Positions 35,401-44,183 of a stretch of 64,000 nucleotides of DNA are shown here, piece after piece. Under the pieces are notes generated by a model that searched no databases, had not been told where the DNA came from, and saw only the letters and a list, made by a program, of their open reading frames with translations. The position numbers and the translations under genes are program-made. The DNA comes from an uncultured bacterium. GTDB taxonomy: Bacteria; Fidelibacterota; Marinisomatia; Marinisomatales; JAHJCW01. Position 1 is the stretch's first letter, and every line of letters begins with the position of its first letter. The stretch spans positions 10,260-74,259 of the forward strand of contig CBDURO010000001.1 of NCBI GenBank assembly GCA_965369995.1. Direction: 5' to 3'.

Positions 35401-36713
35401 TGAAATCTGTACGCGAGCAAGTTGTAGAAATAATCGATATATTTTATAATACAACTCTCGATTTAAAAACGATTCACAATAATTATTTTAAACAAAATAA
35501 TGTTAACACATTAGATCGAAATCGTATAGTTGTATTGTCGAAAGAAATACTACGCTGGAAAGGAAGAATAGATTTCTTTTTAAAAAATCATCTCGATCAT
35601 CCAATTAATAAACTTCAACCACAATTATTGGTTATTCTGGAACTCGCAACCTATGAATTGATATTTGATAGCAAGGTTCCTGATTATGCTGCAATTAATA
35701 GTGCGGTCGATTTAACAAAACAGAAATTAAATAAGAAGACTAGCGGTTTAGTGAATGCAGTATTAAGAAAAATTAATTCTGCTGATACCAATACAAAACC
35801 TAAACAAATAAAAGATTTTGAATGGTATTCATTTCCCAATTGGTTATTTGAAAAATGGCTAAAACAATTTGGTGAAACTCGTACTCATCAATTATGTGAT
35901 TACTTTAATTCTCCTGTTCCTCTTACAATTAGAAGAAATGCTTTTAAAATTAATCATGACAGTTTTATTGAAAAAATCGAAGATGATGCTATCAAACTGT
36001 CCCAGACTGAGAGCTCCGATTGTTTCTACAATGTTAAATCAGGTGGAACACGATTATTAAATCATCCACTTTTTCTAAAAGGTCTTTTCTCTTTTCAAGA
36101 TAGAGGTGCCGGTGCTATTGTGGAAGTTTTGGACCCACAACCAAATGAAGTAATATTGGATGTATGTTGCGCTCCCGGAACCAAGACAAATTATATTAGT
36201 GAACTTATGCAAAATACAAGGAAAATATACGCAAGTGATATTAATATAGATCGAATCGATGTTGCAAAAAAAGATGAAGTTCGGTTAAAAAATAAAAATA
36301 TCATTTGGGAACAAAAGGATGCTACGAAAGATACATTTCCCATGGCTGATAGAGTTTTAGTTGATGCACCTTGTACCGGAACAGGTGTCATTGGGCGCAG
36401 ACCGGACATTAAATGGAGACGTAAACTGAAGCATCTAAAAAGAGTGGTTGAATTACAAATATCAATACTAAATCATGTATATAAATTTGTTAAGCAAGGC
36501 GGAGTCTTGGTGTATGCAACATGTTCGTTGGAAGAGGAAGAAAATTGGCAAGTTGTGGAAGCGTTTCTTAAATTACTAGATGATTTCAAAGTTGTATCAA
36601 TTGAAAATCCCCGATTAACAAATTTAATTGATGAAAAAGGTGCACTTAAAATATTTCCTTCGGAGAATCAAATGGACGGGATGTTTGCCGTAAAAATGAT
36701 TAGAGAAAGATGA
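35400..36713 (+). CDS. rsmB: 16S rRNA (cytosine967-C5)-methyltransferase RsmB/Sun
   Basis: 437 aa. NusB-like N-domain, SAM-binding site DVCCAPGTKT, and catalytic DAPCTGTG and YATCS motifs. TAATG overlap with fmt. Confidence 0.88.
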   Translation: MKSVREQVVEIIDIFYNTTLDLKTIHNNYFKQNNVNTLDRNRIVVLSKEILRWKGRIDFFLKNHLDHPINKLQPQLLVILELATYELIFDSKVPDYAAINSAVDLTKQKLNKKTSGLVNAVLRKINSADTNTKPKQIKDFEWYSFPNWLFEKWLKQFGETRTHQLCDYFNSPVPLTIRRNAFKINHDSFIEKIEDDAIKLSQTESSDCFYNVKSGGTRLLNHPLFLKGLFSFQDRGAGAIVEVLDPQPNEVILDVCCAPGTKTNYISELMQNTRKIYASDINIDRIDVAKKDEVRLKNKNIIWEQKDATKDTFPMADRVLVDAPCTGTGVIGRRPDIKWRRKLKHLKRVVELQISILNHVYKFVKQGGVLVYATCSLEEEENWQVVEAFLKLLDDFKVVSIENPRLTNLIDEKGALKIFPSENQMDGMFAVKMIRER

Positions 36714-37465
36714 AAAAAATATTAAAACACATTATAGCAATTGGTATTATCACAGTTATAATAATCATTTTATTTGAATTAATTATTATGCCGTTTTATG
36801 TTCGTCATGGTAAGAGCAAAGAATTGATTGACGTTACGTCCATGGATATAAAATCTGCTATGATAATGATTAGAACTTCCGGATTTAAAGGCGTAGTAAC
36901 TGATACTATTTATACTAGTGAAGTTAAGCCAAATATCGTGTTAGATCAACATCCTAAGCCGGGCGCTGTTGTAAAAAAGGGTAGAACAGTAAGACTTAAA
37001 ATATCGCTATCCGAAAAATTAGTATTAGTACCAAATATCGTAGGGCAATCGCAGCGAAGCGCGGAATTATTATTAAATAAGGTTGGTTTAAAGGTTGGGG
37101 CTATTTCAAAAGAATATAGTGTAACCCATCCAAATGGTGTAGTAGTTAACCAAATGCCCGATAGCACCGAAACACTTCCAAGAGGATATAGTGTAAGAGT
37201 GATAATCAGCAAGGGACGATCTCCCAATGATATACAAGTTCCAAGTTTGTTTGGTTTAAGTAAGGTAGCCGCAGAATTAGAGTTGCGAAAAATCGGTTTG
37301 AGAATCGGTAAAGTGCATTATAAACAAAATGAAGATTTGATTCCATATACCGTTCTTGATCAATCTATCAAGGCAGGTACTATTTTAGAAAATTCTCAAA
37401 GTATTGATATAACGGTGAGTGTACTTGACTTACAGGATATATTCGAACAAATGATAGATAAATAA
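36710..37465 (+). CDS. Membrane-anchored protein with three PASTA domains and no kinase or PBP domain
   Basis: 251 aa. N-terminal TM helix followed by three repeats of about 65 aa of the PASTA pattern (for example VPNIVGQSQRSAELLLNKVGLKVG and VPSLFGLSKVAAELELRKIGLRIG). Confidence 0.7.
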   Translation: MKKILKHIIAIGIITVIIIILFELIIMPFYVRHGKSKELIDVTSMDIKSAMIMIRTSGFKGVVTDTIYTSEVKPNIVLDQHPKPGAVVKKGRTVRLKISLSEKLVLVPNIVGQSQRSAELLLNKVGLKVGAISKEYSVTHPNGVVVNQMPDSTETLPRGYSVRVIISKGRSPNDIQVPSLFGLSKVAAELELRKIGLRIGKVHYKQNEDLIPYTVLDQSIKAGTILENSQSIDITVSVLDLQDIFEQMIDK

Positions 37466-37471
37466 CGCTTT

Positions 37472-38056
37472 ATGCGACAAGAATTATTACGGAAAACTAT
37501 TCATTTAAGTGCTAATTCCTTAATTCCATTAGCATATCTGTTTTTAAATATTCCAAAAATTTGGATGGCTATATTAATTGGTATTGCTTCAGTCGTGTTT
37601 GTCATGATTGATATTAGACGAACCCGGAATAGTTGGCTATCAAAGATATTTGCAAAATTATTTAACAGCATGCTTAGATCACACGAGCTTGAAGGGAAAT
37701 TAACCGGTGCAAGTTACGTTTTAATCGGGTCTTTTATTTCAATTGCAATTTTTCCGAAAGAGATTGCGGTCTTGGCATTATTATTTACCGCTATTGGCGA
37801 TACTGCCGCAGCATTATATGGCAGAAAATTTGGTAAGCTTAGAATTTGGAACAAAACATTGGAAGGTTCTATAGCCGGTTTAATTGCATGTACAATAATT
37901 GCATTATTTTTTCCTCAGATTCCGAATATTATAAAATTCAGCGGAGCATTTGCAGCAATGTTCATTGAACTGTTACCAATTAATATAGATGATAATTTGC
38001 GAATCCCACTTTTTTCGGGAATAGTTATGTATATTATATCTAATTTGATTATATGA
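37472..38056 (+). CDS. Polyprenol/diacylglycerol kinase-type CTP-dependent membrane enzyme (SEC59/DGK1/VTE5-CdsA superfamily)
   Basis: 194 aa with 5-6 TM segments. GDTAAALYGRKFGK motif. Confidence 0.55.
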   Translation: MRQELLRKTIHLSANSLIPLAYLFLNIPKIWMAILIGIASVVFVMIDIRRTRNSWLSKIFAKLFNSMLRSHELEGKLTGASYVLIGSFISIAIFPKEIAVLALLFTAIGDTAAALYGRKFGKLRIWNKTLEGSIAGLIACTIIALFFPQIPNIIKFSGAFAAMFIELLPINIDDNLRIPLFSGIVMYIISNLII

Positions 38057-39330
38057 TTGATCGACAAGGATCAAATAAGGTAGAACGCGCTATATTGGTT
38101 GGAGTTATTCATGGCAAACTTGATGAACTCATTATAGATGAACATCTTGATGAAATGGAATTGCTTGCTGATACCGCTGGAGCTGATGTTGTTGGACGTG
38201 TTACACAGCGCTTAAATAAAATTAATCCCGCCTATTTTGTTGGCAAAGGCAAAGCCGAACAAATTATGAATCAAGCCAAAGAGTTGGGGGTTTCCCTAGT
38301 CATTTTTGATGAGGACTTAAGTCCGGCTCAAACTAAGAATTTCCAATCGCTTAGCGAAAATATAAAAGTTATCGATCGCAGCGCCTTAATTTTGGACATA
38401 TTTCAAAAACATGCCAAAACTAAAGAAGCAAAAACTCAAGTAGAATTAGCGCATTTACAGTATTTATTACCGCGTCTTACAAGAATGTGGACGCATTTGG
38501 AACGGCAAATGGGAGGAATCGGAACAAGAGCAGGAGCAGGGGAAAAACAGATTGAAGTTGACCGCAGATTAATTGGACAAAGGATTGCTAAGCTGAAAAA
38601 AGAGTTAACCAAAATTGAAAAGGAAAGGAAAACACAAAGTCAGCGGCGAAAAGATCAATTTCGTGTATCATTAGTTGGTTATACAAATGCCGGTAAATCA
38701 ACATTAATGAACGCCATCACCGGGGCTAATATGTATATCCGTGATCAATTATTTGCTACCCTCGATACAACTATACGGTCGACAGTGATAGATAGTGAAC
38801 ATGAGATTTTATTAAGTGATACAGTCGGATTCATCCGCAAACTTCCACATCATTTAGTTGCAAGTTTCAGAAGTACCTTACAAGAAGTGTTGGAAGCCGA
38901 TTTAATTTTAATTGTATTGGATGTATCATCTCCACAGGTATTAGAACATCTTAATACAATTACCGAAGTATTAACAGAGCTTGGAGCTGACAAGAATACA
39001 TCGCTAATCGTATTAAACAAAATTGACACTATTGAAGAGGATGGCAGGATAGCCTATTTAAAACGAAAATTTCCAAATGGTATATTAATTTCAGCAAAAA
39101 ATCATTTGCGAATTGATAATTTGCTTGAATCAATTAAAAAAATAATTGATCGAGGATTTACTACAACCGATGTCCATTTTTCCTTTGAACAAGCTAAAGA
39201 AACAGCCGAAGCCCAGAAAGGTGTAACTATTTTAGAACGTGAGTATGATGAGAATGGTGTACATTTAAAAATTCGTGGACCTGTTAAACGTATCAATCAA
39301 ATTTTAAGAAAGCAAGGGAGTAGGGATTAG
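38053..39330 (+). CDS. hflX: GTPase HflX
   Basis: 425 aa. HflX N-domain, then G1 GYTNAGKST, G3 DTVGF and G4 NKID. The stop codon lies inside repeat copy 2. Confidence 0.95.
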   Translation: MIDRQGSNKVERAILVGVIHGKLDELIIDEHLDEMELLADTAGADVVGRVTQRLNKINPAYFVGKGKAEQIMNQAKELGVSLVIFDEDLSPAQTKNFQSLSENIKVIDRSALILDIFQKHAKTKEAKTQVELAHLQYLLPRLTRMWTHLERQMGGIGTRAGAGEKQIEVDRRLIGQRIAKLKKELTKIEKERKTQSQRRKDQFRVSLVGYTNAGKSTLMNAITGANMYIRDQLFATLDTTIRSTVIDSEHEILLSDTVGFIRKLPHHLVASFRSTLQEVLEADLILIVLDVSSPQVLEHLNTITEVLTELGADKNTSLIVLNKIDTIEEDGRIAYLKRKFPNGILISAKNHLRIDNLLESIKKIIDRGFTTTDVHFSFEQAKETAEAQKGVTILEREYDENGVHLKIRGPVKRINQILRKQGSRD

Positions 39331-39510
39331 AAATTAGTGGCAGATTGCAGGAGCTTGAAAAGGAGAAGAGGTGATGGGGAGTATTGGGGAATTGAAGTGT
39401 TAGAGTAATGGAGTTGATGGGTTAACGTGTTCACAACTCACGTTTTTACAATTAATGACAACCTAATAACTACTTAATGACTGTTATTTACTGCGTAGCG
39501 AATGACACTA
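39323..39510 (+). repeat. Mosaic intergenic repeat element, copy 2
   Basis: See copy 1. It begins at GGGATTAG, which contains the hflX TAG stop. It also shares the exact 20-mer TTTTTACAATTAATGACAAC (39443-39462) with 47087-47106. Confidence 0.85.
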
Positions 39511-39638
39511 ATTTTAAGAATGGTAGAAAGATTGAATGATTGGTTGAAAAAAAGCATATTCTACGTTTTAAATATTTGCGTTTCACACATCACTGATATT
39601 CCATCATCCATAAACCCTCAACCACCAAACATAATTTA

Positions 39639-39796
39639 TCCGTACCAGGCGTTTTTCAGGACCGCTAATGATTAACGGTGGACGCCTCCCGATTGCAGCA
39701 AACTTCCCTGACGAGAGGGCATGTTTTTTGTAAGCGAAGTACAGCTTCCTATTGATTATTACTTGTAGATCCTAAAAAAACTAATCCTGGTACGGA
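39639..39796. other. 158-bp element bounded by inverted repeats between convergent genes (candidate structured sRNA or MITE)
   Basis: Perfect 11-bp inverted repeat TCCGTACCAGG (39639-39649) / CCTGGTACGGA (39786-39796). It can be extended by GTTTTT/AAAAAC (39651-56 / 39776-81) and AGGA/TCCT (39658-61 / 39770-73). Internal hairpins are AGGCGT...ACGCCT (39647-52 / 39682-87) and ACCG-N11-CGGT. The element is visibly more GC-rich than its flanks, has no ORF, and matches no RNA family that I recognise. Confidence 0.4.
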
Positions 39797-39867
39797 AATT
39801 GTTAAAAAGCTTAACAAAAATTAGTACAAAAAGTGAGACAAATCAATTCTAATCGAATTATTCATTG

Positions 39868-41097
39868 CTATTTTTGGTTTGGATACAAATTTTTCTCACC
39901 CTCACTCTTGGCAACTACAACTGCCCCAATGCTGTCACTTGTGATGTTAACAACTGTGCGGTACATATCAAGCGGGCGGTCAACAGCAAGCATTGTACCG
40001 ACTATTATTGCCGCACCGGGGTGGTTGCCTAAACCAACAGCATCTAAAACAATGAATATCATTACCAATCCGGCTGATGGAATCGCTGCTGCGCCAACAG
40101 AAGCCAAAAAAGCGACTATGACAATAATGAATTGCTGTGTGAAAGATAGATCAAATCCGAGAGCTTGCGATATGAATAGCACTCCGGCGCATTCATAAAG
40201 AGCAGTACCATCCATATTAATTGTAGCTCCAAGCGGCAACACAAAACTTGATATTTTATTGGAAACACCGGCGTTTGTCTCAACACAATTCATGGTGACA
40301 GGCAAAGTGGCTCCTGAGGAACTTGTAGAGAAAGCGGTTGCCATCGCAGATGCGATGGCACGATAATGTTTTATTGGATTTATTCGTGTAAACAATAAGA
40401 AAATAATGGGGAGCACAACAAATGCATGTAATGTTAATCCAACAGCAATTGTGACAATGTACCAGGCGACACCTTTAAATAATTCAAAACCGGTTGTTGC
40501 TACTGCGGTGCTGATCAATCCAAAAACGCCAATCGGCAGGAATTTGATAACCGCTTGTGTTAATAGCATCATGGCTTGGAAGCCGGCATTAAAAAATTGT
40601 TTAAGGAAACTGCGCTGTTTATCAGGCAATCTTGGAATGACGCTGCCAAAAACAATGCACCAAAATATAACTCCCAAAATATCGCCGTTAACTGCGGCGG
40701 CGAAAGGATTTAATGGGATCATCCGTATAATAATTTCTAATGGAGAACTTGGTGTTGATAGCGATTCCGGATCAAATTCTGTGGCAACCGCGCCAAGATC
40801 AATTCCAACTCCGGGTTTAATTAAATTTGCAAGTGTAAGTCCAATTACTATCGCTAAAAGCGATGTGAGCAAGTAATATCCAAAAGTTTTTGCACCAACT
40901 CTGCCAATATTTTTACCGAGATTTATTACACCGGTTGTTATTGAGAATATTATTAGGGGAACAATAATCATTCTTAATAGCCGCATGAATATTGTACCGA
41001 GTGGTTTTGCGATTAATGCTTGTTCTTTGAAAATCAACGCCAAAACGATACCAAGTACCATTGCGATTAGAACTTGCCAGTAGAGTTTTATTTTCAT
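39868..41097 (-). CDS. Dicarboxylate/amino acid:cation symporter (DAACS, GltP/DctA-like)
   Basis: About 409 aa. SSSGATLP and NMDGTALY motifs. I prefer the ATG at 41097 (MKIKLYWQVLIAMVLG...) over the track's TTG at 41136. Confidence 0.88.
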   Translation of the reverse strand: MKIKLYWQVLIAMVLGIVLALIFKEQALIAKPLGTIFMRLLRMIIVPLIIFSITTGVINLGKNIGRVGAKTFGYYLLTSLLAIVIGLTLANLIKPGVGIDLGAVATEFDPESLSTPSSPLEIIIRMIPLNPFAAAVNGDILGVIFWCIVFGSVIPRLPDKQRSFLKQFFNAGFQAMMLLTQAVIKFLPIGVFGLISTAVATTGFELFKGVAWYIVTIAVGLTLHAFVVLPIIFLLFTRINPIKHYRAIASAMATAFSTSSSGATLPVTMNCVETNAGVSNKISSFVLPLGATINMDGTALYECAGVLFISQALGFDLSFTQQFIIVIVAFLASVGAAAIPSAGLVMIFIVLDAVGLGNHPGAAIIVGTMLAVDRPLDMYRTVVNITSDSIGAVVVAKSEGEKNLYPNQK

Positions 41098-41199
41098 AGA
41101 AAAAAAATTAGCCACGAAAAGGCATAAAAGACACAAAAATCTATAAAAAGAAATAGTCTTTTCCAGCTAACTTTAAATTATTCAGATTAATTTCTACAA

Positions 41200-41239
41200 C
41201 CCCTCTTTCCCCTCCTAATTTAGGAGGGGATGAAAGGGG
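41200..41239. promoter_or_regulatory. Two-tier GC-rich palindrome in the divergent DAACS / SSS promoter region
   Basis: CCCCT (41200-04) cttt CCCCTCCT (41209-16) aattt AGGAGGGG (41222-29) atgaa AGGGG (41235-39). The inner stem is 8 bp and perfect, and the outer stem is 5 bp. Confidence 0.5.
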
Positions 41240-41299
41240 ATGTATGAGATGATTTTTATTGGTATGGATGACTAAATTCACATTATTTATGAGGAAGCA

Positions 41300-42730
41300 A
41301 TGGCATATATTTATGTAATCGGAATTTATTTAGCGATATTGGTAGGAGTAAGTTTTTATAAAAGCCGCTCGGTAAAAACTCAAGAAGATTTTATGGTAGC
41401 AGGCAGAGTTGTTCCCTGGTATCTGTTGGTTGGTACTCTAGTGTGTACGTGGATCGGATCAGGTAGTTTATTCGGTGGAGCAGGTCGTGCTTACCGTGAA
41501 GGTTTTTCTGCGTTATGGATGAGTGCCGGTGCTTGGGTTGGTATCGCAATAGTTTACTTTTTAGCAGGTAAAGTACGTAAAATTGCCCAATTCACGGTTC
41601 CCGATATCCTTGAAAAGCGTTATCATCCATCGGCACGGTTGCTTGGCACCATCGCAATAATTATTGCGTATTTAACAATTGCAAGTTATCAATTCATCGG
41701 TGGTGGCCGATTATTAAATTTACTATTTCCTGATTTGGACCCCGTGTACGCAAAAGCGATTATCGCCGGATTGGTTGTCCTATACACTGTAATGGCGGGC
41801 ATGATGTCCATTGTTGCGATTGATATAGTAAATGGATTAATGATAATAATAAGTATGTTAATTGCCGCACCGCTTGCACTAAAGGGAGCCGGAGGTTGGG
41901 CTGAACTAACTGCAACTTTACCTTCCACTCATTTTGATGTTTTTGGCCGATTAGGATTACTGCCTGCTTTAGGATTGTTTTTTCCCACCTTTTTTCTATT
42001 ATTAGGTGAAAGCAGTATTTATCAAAAATTCTTTTCCGCGAAGGATGCAAAATCCGCTCGGAAAGCAGTAATTGGGATGATAGTCGGAGTACTTATCATA
42101 GAAACTTTAATGGCAGCCACAGCAATTTTTGGTAGTGGTATTTATTGGAATGATCCAAGTTTTGTGGGTAATGGAGAGACAATTTTATTACAAATTGCAC
42201 GATATAATCTACCAATGGTAGCGGGATTATTATTGTTAACAGGCGCTGTTGCAATAATCTTTTCAACGGCTAATACATTTTTAATGGTACCATCTACTAA
42301 TTTAGCTCGTGACGTATATCAACGATTCATTAATCCCAATATTAGTGAAAAGGGAATAATACGATTCCAGCGTATAATGATAGTTTTATTAGCGTTGGTC
42401 GCTTATATTGTGTCATCCTTTTTTACCAGTATTTTGGATATGGCATTATACGCTTATACAATGGTTGGAGCAGCAGTAACGCCGGCATTATTAGCTGCTT
42501 TTTTATGGAAAAGAGTTACCGTTGCGGGAGGTGTTTCGTCAATTGCAGCCGGTATGATTGTAACATTAGTTTTTGGAATTTTAAATTCAGCTGGTATATC
42601 AAATCTTAGTTATGATTATATTATTTATCCGGCTGCCGGAGCATCTATTTTCATCCTGATAGTTGTAAGTCTATTAACACTTCATTCACCGGAAGAAAAA
42701 TGGAAGCCATTTATGGAGAGTGGAGATTAA
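41300..42730 (+). CDS. Sodium:solute symporter family transporter (second paralogue)
   Basis: 476 aa with about 13 TM segments. SSS N-terminal pattern FMVAGRVVPWYLLVGTL. Confidence 0.8.
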   Translation: MAYIYVIGIYLAILVGVSFYKSRSVKTQEDFMVAGRVVPWYLLVGTLVCTWIGSGSLFGGAGRAYREGFSALWMSAGAWVGIAIVYFLAGKVRKIAQFTVPDILEKRYHPSARLLGTIAIIIAYLTIASYQFIGGGRLLNLLFPDLDPVYAKAIIAGLVVLYTVMAGMMSIVAIDIVNGLMIIISMLIAAPLALKGAGGWAELTATLPSTHFDVFGRLGLLPALGLFFPTFFLLLGESSIYQKFFSAKDAKSARKAVIGMIVGVLIIETLMAATAIFGSGIYWNDPSFVGNGETILLQIARYNLPMVAGLLLLTGAVAIIFSTANTFLMVPSTNLARDVYQRFINPNISEKGIIRFQRIMIVLLALVAYIVSSFFTSILDMALYAYTMVGAAVTPALLAAFLWKRVTVAGGVSSIAAGMIVTLVFGILNSAGISNLSYDYIIYPAAGASIFILIVVSLLTLHSPEEKWKPFMESGD

Positions 42731-42864
42731 TAAATCAAAAATATTAAATATTATTAAGATAATATAGTCCTATTTCATTTTTATTTGTTTATTTATCACC
42801 GTAATTTTAATTATTGCAAGGATATTAAAAACGACATTTTCGGACAATCAAGACAGTTAATCAA

Positions 42865-44181
42865 GTGAAATTCCCCACGTTCAAAAGCGGTATTCATCCT
42901 ATAGATTTTAAGTATTATACCGAATCACTTAAAATTGAATCATTACCAATTCCAACGGAAGTTTTTATCCCGTTACAACAACACATTGGTGCTCCATGCA
43001 AAGCTGTTGTAGAAATTGGTGAGGAAGTGCGGATCGGACAAGTTATTGGCACTGTGGATGCCTATGTTTCAAGTCCGGTACATGCTACAATTAGCGGTAA
43101 AGTAAAGGCAATTGGTAAATTTGCTTATCCTACCGGAGGTCGAACAGAGATGGTGCATATAATAGCATCTGATGAGGAAGAACCCAATGGAGTTTATACT
43201 GAAGTTGATTGGATAAATTTGCCAATTGATGAAATAAAAAGTAGAATTAAGAATGCCGGTATTGTTGGACTTGGCGGTGCGGCGTTTCCAACTCATGTAA
43301 AATTAAGCCCACCGGAAGATAAACCAATCGACACCTTTATTTTAAATGGTTGCGAATGCGAACCATTTCTGACAGCCGACCATAGATTGATGTTGGAAAC
43401 ACCCGATGAAATTCTAAAAGGTATGGCTATAATAATGAAGGTCCTTGGAGTTAAGAAAGGATATGTCGGAATTGAATCTAATAAGCCCGATGCTATTGAA
43501 TCAATGCAAAAAGCAGTTAGCAAATACGGATTTGAAATAGTAACTGTAAAAACAAAATATCCGCAAGGTGCTGAGAAAATGCTGATTAGAGCAATCAAGA
43601 AACGAAAAGTACCAACAGGTGGCTTGCCTATGGATGTGGGCGTTGTAGTACAAAATGTTGGCACTGCTGCTGCAGTCGCAAATGCGGTATCTTACGAAAA
43701 ACCATTAACTCAAAGAATAGTAACGGTTACAGGAAATGGAATAAAAGAACCAAAAAATTTATTAGTAACAATTGGAACAAGATTTAGCGATGTTATAGAA
43801 TATTGCGGCGGTCTTGTTGATGAAACCGCCCAAGTGTTTATGGGTGGCCCTATGATGGGCATTGCCCAATATGATCTATCTGTACCGGTAATAAAAGCAA
43901 CAAGTGGAATTGTTTGTACCACGGATTATAAACAAATCGAGCCGATAGCTTGTATTGGGTGTGGGAGTTGTGTAAAATCTTGTCCAATGTTTTTAATGCC
44001 TACCCGATTAGCGCATTTATCGTTAATGCGACATTGGTCAAATGCTGACAAGATGGGAATTATGAATTGCATCGAATGTGGTTCCTGTGCTTATGTATGT
44101 CCTTCTTCCATTCCTTTAGTGCAGTGGATTAGAGTAGGTAAACAAAAAGTTTATGAAATACAATGTGATTTGGTGGTTTAA
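42865..44181 (+). CDS. rnfC: Rnf electron-transport complex subunit C
   Basis: 438 aa. GLGGAAFPTHVKL, NGCECEP, and two 4Fe-4S motifs CIGCGSCVKSCP and CIECGSCAYVCP. GTG start. Confidence 0.93.
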   Translation: MKFPTFKSGIHPIDFKYYTESLKIESLPIPTEVFIPLQQHIGAPCKAVVEIGEEVRIGQVIGTVDAYVSSPVHATISGKVKAIGKFAYPTGGRTEMVHIIASDEEEPNGVYTEVDWINLPIDEIKSRIKNAGIVGLGGAAFPTHVKLSPPEDKPIDTFILNGCECEPFLTADHRLMLETPDEILKGMAIIMKVLGVKKGYVGIESNKPDAIESMQKAVSKYGFEIVTVKTKYPQGAEKMLIRAIKKRKVPTGGLPMDVGVVVQNVGTAAAVANAVSYEKPLTQRIVTVTGNGIKEPKNLLVTIGTRFSDVIEYCGGLVDETAQVFMGGPMMGIAQYDLSVPVIKATSGIVCTTDYKQIEPIACIGCGSCVKSCPMFLMPTRLAHLSLMRHWSNADKMGIMNCIECGSCAYVCPSSIPLVQWIRVGKQKVYEIQCDLVV

Positions 44182-44183
44182 TT

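Noticed and set aside
39645-39690. CCAGG...TCAGGACCG, reminiscent of the SRP RNA domain IV sequence CCAGGUCAGGUCCGGAAGGAAGCAGC
   Set aside because: There is no GNAR tetraloop and no AGCA symmetric-loop strand, and the hairpin loop is 11 nt. It does not fit the SRP RNA consensus.
39708-39715. CTGACGAG, resembling the hammerhead ribozyme CUGANGA box
   Set aside because: No adjacent stem II, no GAAA box and no suitable cleavage-site helix could be paired around it. An 8-mer alone is expected by chance.
39833-40876. + strand ORFs of 121 aa (39833-40198) and 156 aa (40406-40876)
   Set aside because: They are antisense to the DAACS transporter gene, which carries the family motifs SSSGATLP and NMDGTALY. 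The A/T/P-rich translations are typical of the complement of a membrane-protein gene.
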